DNA of 64,000 nucleotides from a bacterium (GTDB lineage Bacteria; UBA10199; 2-02-FULL-50-16; JAJFLM01): NCBI GenBank assembly GCA_965216315.1, contig CBDCFN010000016.1, positions 1,536,001 to 1,600,000 of the forward strand, read 5' to 3'. Shown piece by piece: positions 18,427 to 27,000 of this stretch (position 1 is its first letter; each line of letters starts with the position of its first letter). The notes under the pieces were generated by a model. It saw only the letters and a program-made list of their open reading frames with translations, ran no database searches and was not told where the DNA came from. The position numbers and the translations under genes were made by a program.

Positions 18427-18624
18427 AAATAAACTGCCGCGGGTCTCCCCTTTGACACCATAACCGAAGATTAATCCGATCAGGATCAGAATGGGCCAAT
18501 CAATGATAAATGTGAGGGGCCTCCTTTGCGACGCGTGACGGAATCTCGATAACAGATGGAGCGCTCAGAACACAACCATAATTCGCTTTCTATTTCGGCA
18601 AAGTCCGCTAAGATACTCTATAGC

Positions 18625-19296
18625 ATGAAAACCGGCTGTAAAATCATTATCGGTGTCGTGGTCGCTCTAGCGATACTTGTCAGCTGCCTGTGGCTGATAC
18701 GAGACAATTTCATTTCATCTTATCTTGAAGAAACCGTCGCATCAAAACTCAATGTTGTCCTAAAAATCGATCGATTTAAGAGTCAGCCGTTCAAGGGACT
18801 GAGTCAGTGGCGTATTGAGGCAAGCGGTACGGTCGAAGGCGCAACCTTTACCGGCAATGCCCAGCTCTCTCTCTTCCCCCTCGAAGTGATTAAACACCAG
18901 CTCAATGTGACACGTTTTCCCCTTACGGATCTCAATACCGTTACGCGTAAATATTGGGGCTTTGAATTTGCACGCGGCTGGACGGATATTCATTCATGGG
19001 GAGCCATCCACCGAGAGCGTATTGAGGTGCGTGCCAAGCTTCATCTACAGGAATTCGAACTCGCCGGCGATAACATCCCCTCGGAACTTGCTGGCGATGA
19101 AAATCTGCTCAATATGCTGGTTCACGTCACCGGTCTCCCCTTGGAAATTGCCATTGAAGGAAATCCACACAACCCGAAAATCAGCTGGAAACGAGCACTC
19201 CCTGCAGGTCTTAATATGATGAAAGGTTTTTTTGGACCGCTTTTTGAGAAATTTCAACTCCCCACTAAGAACAAGCCACCTTCGGAATCACCATAA
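18625..19296 (+). CDS. Membrane-anchored beta-rich protein, AsmA/DUF748-like
   Basis: N-terminal anchor; C-terminal LPLEIAIEGNPHNPKI. Confidence 0.5.
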   Translation: MKTGCKIIIGVVVALAILVSCLWLIRDNFISSYLEETVASKLNVVLKIDRFKSQPFKGLSQWRIEASGTVEGATFTGNAQLSLFPLEVIKHQLNVTRFPLTDLNTVTRKYWGFEFARGWTDIHSWGAIHRERIEVRAKLHLQEFELAGDNIPSELAGDENLLNMLVHVTGLPLEIAIEGNPHNPKISWKRALPAGLNMMKGFFGPLFEKFQLPTKNKPPSESP

Positions 19297-19693
19297 AGGT
19301 CCCGGCTCCCGTAGCCACGAGACGATCCTCAGCCGTCCATACGCTCATTTTAGCCGTCGTCAAATTCTTGCCCATGCGAACAATCTCACCACGTGACCAA
19401 AGAGCTTCGCCGCTCACATGTTCCAGTAGTCGTACTTCAAATTCAACCGTCGCAATCCAAGTGGCGTAATATGGTGCAACCGTAAACCAGCCGGCATTGT
19501 CCAAGAGCGTCGCAAACACGCCGCCATGCACGCCATTCATCGCGTGATCAAAACCGGCATGATAAGGCATATGAAAGACCGCCCGGTCTTGATCGTCATA
19601 AGACAGCGTCATTCCCATGCTTTTGGCGATCGGAGCGGTGCTAAAGAGCTTCACCAGCTCTTGCTGTCGCGTTTTGGATGACTCCGTGGCCAT
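19265..19693 (-). CDS. PaaI-family hotdog thioesterase
   Basis: NGVHGGVFATLLDNAG, ATVEFEVRLL, LVATGAGTF. Confidence 0.9.
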   Translation of the reverse strand: MATESSKTRQQELVKLFSTAPIAKSMGMTLSYDDQDRAVFHMPYHAGFDHAMNGVHGGVFATLLDNAGWFTVAPYYATWIATVEFEVRLLEHVSGEALWSRGEIVRMGKNLTTAKMSVWTAEDRLVATGAGTFMVIPKVACS

Positions 19694-19759
19694 AACCAGG
19701 CAATAGGAGATCATGAGACAGACCGCAACCTTAAAGACGGACACTATCTTACAATAGGG

Positions 19760-19951
19760 ATCACTATCAGTATCGGGGTTGCACGCTATTTTAACCCTAA
19801 ATGGAGCGAACAATTACGCACGGACATCCTCGCCGCCTTGGAAGAGGCCACGGCCCGTGCTGACGCGGCTCTGTACGAGGCCAAAAAGAATGGCCGTAAT
19901 CGAGTCGTTATCGCGGCAGCTCCTGCGCCCGATACCCCAAAAACCGAGTAA
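19760..19951 (+). pseudogene. C-terminal fragment of a GGDEF diguanylate cyclase
   Basis: Frame 19760 reads ITISIGVARY...RADAALYEAKKNGRNRVV...stop; no start codon upstream of it and no GGDEF motif. Confidence 0.75.
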
Positions 19952-20109
19952 TTTCCAGCCTCAGCAACCAAGCTATGACCGTACGGCTTGTATACAATTG
20001 AATGGGACACTTTCCGAATAAAGCGAAAAATCGTTGTCATTTGTGCCCGGAGACGCTAAATTCTCCCGCTCTGAGGCGTATTGATAAGATTAATTTTAAG
20101 GAGATTTTT

Positions 20110-20574
20110 ATGAAACTTCGAATCACGACTTTAAGTATTGTAGCTTCTTTTGCACTAGCCACAGCCGCCTATGCGGGTTTTGGAAGTAGCATTGGTAAAT
20201 CTGTCGGCGGAACCGGTGGTAAAATCGGCGGTGCCGCGGGTAAGGCTGTCGACTCTGCCGCTTCTTCAGCTCTGATCAGTGACCTCAATAAAAAGATTGC
20301 TGCCGAGGGATGTCGTTTCAAGGATGCAACCACGGATTTTGAAACAACGTGCAGCTTGTCTAAAGTCAACAGCATTATCAGCAAACATCGTAGTGCTATT
20401 GAAAACGTCTTCGGCAAACGCGTTTACATCACGGTTCATGCCAATGGGAATACCAATAGTCTGGCGAGTGCCCGTGCCCGTAACGTGAGAAATTCATTGA
20501 ATGTCAATTGGTGGAGAGTGAATACACGGCATTCAAAAGGTGGCGATGGTCTGACGATTACAGCCCACAAATAA
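20110..20574 (+). CDS. Secreted protein with Gly-rich segment and degenerate OmpA-like C-terminus
   Basis: SD AAGGAG, signal peptide ending AYA, ITVHANG...LASARARNVR; TTGTCA-N17-TAAATT at 20034-20062. Confidence 0.65.
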   Translation: MKLRITTLSIVASFALATAAYAGFGSSIGKSVGGTGGKIGGAAGKAVDSAASSALISDLNKKIAAEGCRFKDATTDFETTCSLSKVNSIISKHRSAIENVFGKRVYITVHANGNTNSLASARARNVRNSLNVNWWRVNTRHSKGGDGLTITAHK

Positions 20575-20591
20575 GCTGAAATACCATTTAC

Positions 20592-20630
20592 AAAAAAAGG
20601 CGGCCTGCATCACGTGGGCCGCCTTTTTTT
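20592..20630. terminator. Bidirectional intrinsic terminator
   Basis: A7-GGCGGCC...GGCCGCC-T7 between convergent genes. Confidence 0.85.
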
Positions 20631-21225
20631 ATGCCTGCTCCTGGACCCTGATTTCTTTGGCCTTACGGCGCCGCATAAAGACAAAGACCGTCATCGCAAT
20701 CGCAATAGCGCCTGCAATGGCAACGGCCCATAAGCCACGTTGCGCCAAACGACGCAGCTTGGCATCAAAGTTATGGGCAATCGACATGACGACATTACTG
20801 CCTTGCTGGCCTTCGACGTAGAACGCCGTCAATACATAGGGACCCGGCGCGTCGACCGTAAAATCAAAAACCGAGACACCGGCATGCGAACCGGCGGCAA
20901 ACTCCGACAGATTGGAAGCATCATTGAGTAAAAGATAATTGCCGTTTTCTTTCGATTGGAGCTCGCAGAGGAGGCCCGAAAGCACAGGTCCCGTCGCATA
21001 ACGCCGCCCGCCGACCTCACTTTCATACTCATAGAACATCGTATAATATCCCGGCTGGTCGAGATTGACGACAAAGGATCCGGGAAGCACAACACGTTCC
21101 ATATTGGCGGCGAGCTTGGAAATACCGCCATGCAAAGACCAGGCAAAATAGGCAATGCCCGCCCCCAATACGAGAACGGCCAACAGATAATAGCGTCGAC
21201 CCGGTTTAAGGCGGTGATACTCCAT
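20629..21225 (-). CDS. Hypothetical protein with two TM helices flanking a beta-rich domain
   Basis: TM at both ends, basic C-tail; ORF-track start 21363 overlaps the divergent gene, so trimmed. Confidence 0.65.
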   Translation of the reverse strand: MEYHRLKPGRRYYLLAVLVLGAGIAYFAWSLHGGISKLAANMERVVLPGSFVVNLDQPGYYTMFYEYESEVGGRRYATGPVLSGLLCELQSKENGNYLLLNDASNLSEFAAGSHAGVSVFDFTVDAPGPYVLTAFYVEGQQGSNVVMSIAHNFDAKLRRLAQRGLWAVAIAGAIAIAMTVFVFMRRRKAKEIRVQEQA

Positions 21226-21265
21226 CTCCTTTAAAATACTACGTTTTTCAGCGAAAAGCGAGTCC

Positions 21266-21292
21266 GCAACCTTCCCTGCACTCAACCGAAAA
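21266..21292 (+). promoter_or_regulatory. Putative sigma28-like promoter, copy 6
   Basis: GCAAC-cttccctgcactca-ACCGAAAA, 9 nt before ATG 21302. Confidence 0.65.
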
Positions 21293-21301
21293 GCCCCTAA
21301 C

Positions 21302-22633
21302 ATGCTCTCAATCGCCTCCACGACCACCATGAGTCTCCATGCGGTGCCTTTATTGGCCGCCAATAATTTCGTCGCGACTCAGCCGGAACTAAGCGCTCAG
21401 CTGCAGTTGGTCACCGAACAGGGACTCCGGACTCAACTGCTCTCTACTTTAAGAGATCGTGGCGTGGCCGTTGAAAACTATACGGACTTGAGTAAGGCAT
21501 CCGTGCTTGAAGATAGGGACATCAGTGATCGCCTCCGTTTTGCGTTGCGAACCACACTCGATGATCCCCAGCCCGCTTTCCGGACAAAGCAACTCGTCGC
21601 TCTTCCCGATATTCTTACAATCCCGTGGCCCTCGAAGGTCCGTCGGCACTTTAAAGAAAGTACGGGACAGTCACGCTGGCTGCTCAAGCCCGAGGGCTTT
21701 GACATGCGCCGCGAATTAAGGCGCTTCGCACGCGACCAACACAAAGGGCGCATTCGCTATCCGCAAAGTGCCCGTGAACATGCCAGTTGGGTCGCAGCGA
21801 TTCGACGTCAACAACATTTAGGCCGGACCATTGCGTGGCACAAGCCGCGTCACGGAGTTCAAGAGATTCTTAACTTCCTTAATATTCGCATTCAGCCACG
21901 CGGGAAAATTCCGGAATCAATCAATCCGGACCTGCTCGGTTTTCAACGGCTCGGAACGGCCAATCCCTTGCCCGGCGATCTCATGACTTACTCGATTGCT
22001 TTTTTCACGAGCGCAGCCATTGTAACGCAGAGTACCTGGGACGCTACCGCCGCCGAAGTGATGGTCCTCGGGGGCCGTTCAACGTTTTTAACCCGCCCCG
22101 AAAACGTCGGAACGCGACCCGAATATTGGCGCTTTATCCCGGAACGAAAGCCGGAGCTACTCGTCACTTCGGGCTCACGCCTGGATCAAGTGGACTTTAA
22201 GGCGCCGACTCATGAAAACGTGTTAAAGCCTTTGGCGTCACAGCTGCGATTCAAGGCCAAGGCTTTCACGGTGCTCGAAAGTCATGCGGGTCCGGCGCTG
22301 GGAATGGATGCTTGGCAGGTCCTCTATGAATTGGCCAATTCAGACTCCGCAATTCTGACCTTTCAGCTCCTCGGTCGCGGTCAACAACGCCGTTTGGCCG
22401 TCGCCATTCGCTATTTCCAAGCAATTCACAGTGACCGCTTCCACTTCCTGAGCTCCGCCGAGCGCGCCCTACGTGACTTAGCGCGATCCTACGAATTAAG
22501 GCGGCTGGATATCTACTATCCTTTGTGCACTCGTGACAGCATGAGACGCGCGCTCAAACGCAGGCGTTATAGCCCCCTGCGCTCCCCATTTCACGGCAAA
22601 ATCCTCGGAAAGCGAATTATTCTGACCAGTTGA
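21302..22633 (+). CDS. Hypothetical Arg-rich protein with Ser/Thr-rich LLAAN leader
   Basis: 443-aa ORF, no family recognised. Confidence 0.65.
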   Translation: MLSIASTTTMSLHAVPLLAANNFVATQPELSAQLQLVTEQGLRTQLLSTLRDRGVAVENYTDLSKASVLEDRDISDRLRFALRTTLDDPQPAFRTKQLVALPDILTIPWPSKVRRHFKESTGQSRWLLKPEGFDMRRELRRFARDQHKGRIRYPQSAREHASWVAAIRRQQHLGRTIAWHKPRHGVQEILNFLNIRIQPRGKIPESINPDLLGFQRLGTANPLPGDLMTYSIAFFTSAAIVTQSTWDATAAEVMVLGGRSTFLTRPENVGTRPEYWRFIPERKPELLVTSGSRLDQVDFKAPTHENVLKPLASQLRFKAKAFTVLESHAGPALGMDAWQVLYELANSDSAILTFQLLGRGQQRRLAVAIRYFQAIHSDRFHFLSSAERALRDLARSYELRRLDIYYPLCTRDSMRRALKRRRYSPLRSPFHGKILGKRIILTS

Positions 22634-22670
22634 CTCCCTGAGCGCCCCCATGTACATCAAATGGCCTTCC

Positions 22671-22742
22671 GGCGCGGTTGCCAAGTGGTAAGGCGGCAGT
22701 CTGCAAAACTGCTATACGCGGGTTCGATTCCCGCCCGCGCCT
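22671..22742 (+). tRNA. tRNA-Cys (GCA), CCA not encoded
   Basis: Acceptor GGCGCGG/CCGCGCC, anticodon GCA 22703-22705, T-loop GGTTCGATTCC, U discriminator. Confidence 0.97.
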
Positions 22743-22870
22743 CATTCCGCGAAGCGAAAGCGCGCCGCTCGCAGAGCTTGCGGCACCTGAGGCGCCAGTG
22801 GCGCTGATCAGAGCTTCCACTTTGCTTGACAATCCCCCATCGTATGGCAAATGGGGGCCACTAAGTTGTT

Positions 22871-22993
22871 GCAGGGAAGTTAGAAGCAAGCCAGGCAAGG
22901 AACGAAGCCCGCAGTGAGGGAGGCGTACTCAATGTACGTTGACCGAACGAGGACTGCAGAGACGCCGCCTGGCGCCGCTTATCACTTTCCTGC
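22871..22993. mobile_element. About 123-bp palindromic MITE/REP-like element
   Basis: Termini GCAGGGAAGT/ACTTTCCTGC (9/10), inner GCCAGGC/GCCTGGC, central CGTAC-tcaat-GTACG. Confidence 0.6.
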
Positions 22994-22998
22994 CCCAC

Positions 22999-23083
22999 GC
23001 CCGGGTGGTGGAATTGGTAGACACAAGAGACTTAAAATCTCTCGGGAGTTTCTCCCGTGCCGGTTCGAGTCCGGCCCCGGGCA
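22999..23083 (+). tRNA. tRNA-Leu (TAA), CCA not encoded
   Basis: Acceptor GCCCGGG/CCCGGGC, anticodon TAA 23033-23035, long variable arm GGGAG-ttt-CTCCC, GGTTCGAGTCC. Confidence 0.97.
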
Positions 23084-23216
23084 TATTCCACCAGACACAG
23101 CCCAATCGGGTCCATTTGAGCCTCTAGAGGCCGTACAAGTGTATCTTTGTGTATCCAAAAAACCACTGGAAAAACTCTTCAAAATCAGGGAGAAAGGGCT
23201 CAAACGGGAGGCAATT

Positions 23217-23648
23217 ATGCAGCATAAAATCCTACTGGGGGTCGGCGCGTTTTTCTTCTTGATTGGAGGCCTTATGGTCGGGCCGCAGGGCTCACTGCAA
23301 GAGGCCTTCGCCAAACCGCCCAAATGGGCCCCCGCCCACGGCTATCGGCGCAAGCATGAAGACGGCCACAAGCACAAACATAAGCATAAGCATGAAGCGC
23401 GGACCTACGAGTCACGTGAAAACTCTTACTCGTGGACGTATAGCCGCATCGACGTCAATAATGACGGCCGAATCAGCTTATCCGAATGGAATGAAAGCAA
23501 AGAACTGTTCATCATCTTGGACCGTAATCGGGACGGTTATGTCAGCCCGACCGAATACGCCGGTATCGATGAACAACGCGGCTTGATTAGCGGCCTGCTC
23601 GCCAAGGTCAAAGAAAAGGTCGGCAGCTTTTGGGGCTGGTTGTTTTAA
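23217..23648 (+). CDS. Secreted His-rich EF-hand protein
   Basis: SD GGGAGG, signal peptide ending AFA, PPKWAPAHGYR, (HK)n, DVNNDGRISLSE, DRNRDGYVSPTE. Confidence 0.8.
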   Translation: MQHKILLGVGAFFFLIGGLMVGPQGSLQEAFAKPPKWAPAHGYRRKHEDGHKHKHKHKHEARTYESRENSYSWTYSRIDVNNDGRISLSEWNESKELFIILDRNRDGYVSPTEYAGIDEQRGLISGLLAKVKEKVGSFWGWLF

Positions 23649-23848
23649 AACACACCTGCGGCTCGTCTCAACGGGAGCGGTTGCAAGCGGAACTACCGGG
23701 CAGGCAGTCAAAAAAGATGGCTGCCTAATTTACGTGCAATAATTCATAAAATCCCACCCGGCGCATCTTTGCGCCTGCCGTATGGCACTTCTCCAACAAT
23801 TGAGACGATACAGAATGTACTATATGCTCGAAATGACTCTTTTTTTCG

Positions 23849-23876
23849 TTGACCTCTGACCATTTTTGTCCATAAT
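23849..23876 (+). promoter_or_regulatory. Sigma70-type promoter
   Basis: TTGACC-N16-CATAAT upstream of the activase operon. Confidence 0.55.
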
Positions 23877-23885
23877 CCATCCCAT

Positions 23886-23907
23886 CTAGACTGACACGTC
23901 AGTCTAG
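23886..23907. promoter_or_regulatory. Perfect inverted repeat, TetR-type operator candidate
   Basis: CTAGACTGAC-ac-GTCAGTCTAG just downstream of the -10 box. Confidence 0.75.
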
Positions 23908-23947
23908 TCCGTAATAACGAAAGCCCAGCTTCCGTTATTACTCTAGT

Positions 23948-23987
23948 TAAGGGGGCGAAAACTCTCCCCCCTTACATCCCCCCATCG
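23948..23987. repeat. REP-like hairpin element, intergenic copy
   Basis: TAAGGGGGCGAAAACTCTCCCCCCTTACATCCCCCCATCG; near-copy at 27560-27602. Confidence 0.7.
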
Positions 23988-24010
23988 TGGGGTCACTTAG
24001 GGAGAACTTA

Positions 24011-27000
24011 ATGGCACAAAAGCTGATGATAGGAGTCGATGTCGGCTCCACCACCGTTAAGGCCACCGTCGTCGACCCGGAAACCCTCGACATTCTCTGG
24101 AGTGATTACCAGCGACACGAAACCAAGCAGCCGGAAAAGGTCCTCGAGTTTTTAGTTCGCATCGGCAACGAATTTAATGACGTCGCCCAAGAAGATATTC
24201 GTCTTTTTCTAACCGGATCAGGCTCCGCCCCGCTCTGCGAACCTTTGGGAGGCAAGTTTGTTCAAGAGGTCAACTCGGTCACCCTCGCAGTTGAAAAACT
24301 GCATCCGGATGTCGGCTCCGTCGTCGAACTCGGTGGACAAGATGCCAAGATTATTATCTTTAAAGAAAATCAAGAAACCGGTGAGAAGCAGGCCATTACA
24401 TCCATGAATGATAAGTGTGCTTCCGGCACCGGCGCGACGATCGATAAATGTATGATCAAGGCCGGTGTCGATAATGATTTTTCATCGAAGCTCGTTTTCA
24501 ACGGAGATAAACTCCACCACGTCGCCGCCAAGTGCGGTGTCTTCGCCGAAACCGACATCGTCAACCTCGTGAAGTCCGGCATTCCCTCCGACGAAATTCT
24601 CAATTCACTTGCGGATGCCATCGTCATGCAGAACCTCTCTGTTTTAACGCGCGGTAATACCTTGCGTCACAAGGTACTGCTCTTGGGAGGACCTAACTGT
24701 TACCTCCCCTTCTTGCAGGAGTGCTGGCGTAAACGTATCCCCGAGACCTGGAACGAAAGAAACTACGATTATCCCAAGGACGTCCCCATTGAAGACATCA
24801 TTATTGTTCCGGAGAATGCCCAATATTATGCCGCCTATGGCGCTGTGCTGTATGGAACCTACGAACCCGCCGAGGCCGGTGTCTATAAAGGCCTGAATGA
24901 GCTTAAAAATTTCATTAATTTTGGTCGCAAGGCCAAACTGGGCGAACAGGCAGGCAAACCATTGGTCGCCAACGAAGCAGAACTCGAAGCGTTCAAAGAA
25001 GACTACACGATTCCCCAATTTAAGCCGCAGGTCATTGAAGCGGGTTCCGTTGTTAAGGGATACGTCGGTTTAGACGGCGGTTCAACATCATCCAAAGCCG
25101 TCCTCGTAGACGAGGCTGGTGAGATCATACTCAAGGCCTATCAGCTATCTAAAGGGAATCCGATTCAGGATACCAAAGAAATCCTGAAACAAATGAAAGA
25201 TTACATCACCGATCAAGGGGCTACTTTAGAAGTCCTGGGTTTTGGTGCGACCGGCTATGCTGCGGATGTGCTTGAGTCTTCGCTCAAGTCAGACGTCAAT
25301 ATTGTTGAGACAGTTGCTCACATGATGAGCGCCGTGCACTTCTTCGGAGACGTCGACGTCATCTGCGACATTGGCGGACAAGACATCAAAGTCCTCTTCA
25401 TGAAAAATGGTGACATCAAAAATTTTAAACTGTCGAATCAATGTTCGGCCGGGAATGGCATGTTGTTGCAGGCGATGGCCGATCAATTTGGCATCAAGGT
25501 CCAAGATTATGCCGACGTCGCCTTTGGAGCCGACCTCGCCCCTAAGTTTTCCTATGGTTGCGCGGTCTTCTTAGACAGTGATCGCGTCAACTTTCAAAAA
25601 GAAGGCTTTTCAAAGGAAGAACTCCTCTCCGGACTCGCGCAAGTCCTGCCCAAAAACGTCTGGCAATACGTCGTCCAGATCCCACGCATGGCCGAGCTGG
25701 GTCGTCGTTTTGTCTTGCAAGGCGGTACGCAATACAATCTCGCTGCCGTCAAGGCACAGGTGGATTATATTAAGGAACGCGTTCCTGGTGCCGAAGTCCT
25801 CGTCCACCCGCACTGTGGCGAAGCCGGCGCGATTGGTGCCGCTATGGAAACCCGCCGCGTCGTGCAACGCCGCGGCTACTCTACTTTTGTCGGCCTTGAT
25901 TCAGGTATTGACCTTAAATATATTTCGCGCAACGACGAGAGCACGGTCTGTCATTTTTGTCCGAATAACTGCAGTCGTACTTTTATCGACACGGAGACTC
26001 CCGATGGCGACACGGCTCGTTACATCTCCGGCTTCAGTTGCGAAAAAGGAACCGTCGAATCCAAGGAGGAGATGGTAAAACTTTCGAAAAAACGCAACGA
26101 ACTCAAAAAAGAATTTCCCAACCTTGTCGATTACGAAGCCAAAGCGCTTTATCGCACGTACACAAAAGATCCCATGCCGGAGGACGGCGATGTCTACGAA
26201 GACATCAAGGTCAAACGGGGCTTCTTTGGGCTCGGCAACGTCAAGCGGATCCCCTATACGCGTACCTTTCAGCGTTCATCGGAAGCCGCTTGGGAAAAGC
26301 GTAAAGACATCCGTATTGCAATCCCGCGCGTCCTCAATATTTGGAGTACGGCACCGATGTGGCGGGCCTATTTTGAGAGCCTGGGGATTCCCTCCAAAAA
26401 TGTCGTATGGTCCGATTACACCTCCGAAGAAATGTGGACCGAAGGCGGCAAATATGGCTCGATCGATCCCTGTTATCCGTCTAAAGTGGCTCAAGCCCAC
26501 ATCCATAACATCCTGTTCCACAAGCATAGCGATGAAAAGCCGATCAACTATCTCTTCTTCCCTATCCTGACCCACGTGGAATCGTTTATGGACCACGTCG
26601 TCGATACGGCCTGCTGTCCGATCGTGTCCGGCGCTCCGGAGGTTATGAAGGCCGCCTTTACCAAAGAAAATGATTTTTTTGCAGAACGCAATATGACCTA
26701 TTTTGATCCAGCGCTCACGATGAACGAACCAACTCTGTTCAAAAAACAGATGTTCGAAGCTTTTCAGCCGCTCCTTGATATGACAGAAGACGAGAGTGAT
26801 TTTGCCGTCGATCAAGGATGGAAGGCCTTACGCACCGTAGATAAAGACCTACAGACTCGAGGCCGCGAGATTTTGGATTGGGCGGAAAAAGAAGGCAAAA
26901 TGACCCTGCTGATGGTGGGCCGCCCTTATCATCTTGATCCTGGTCTCAATCATGAAGTCTTAGATGAGTTCCAGGTCCGCGGCTATCCCGTTCTTTCAAT

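Noticed and set aside
19725..19751. GCAACCTT as an eighth promoter-motif copy
   Set aside because: No CGA at the required spacing (reads CTATCTTA)
22617..23216. ORF-track calls 22617-22898, 22678-22917, 22939-23127, 22982-23323 and the 5' extension of 22914-23648
   Set aside because: They overlap the two tRNAs and the palindromic element; the real gene has an RBS and signal peptide at 23217
23650..23800. Riboswitch or ncRNA in the hairpin-rich spacer
   Set aside because: Several small hairpins but no recognisable c-di-GMP, SRP or other family core; an Infernal search is needed
23782..23800. TGGCAC as a sigma54 promoter
   Set aside because: No TTGC at the -12 position
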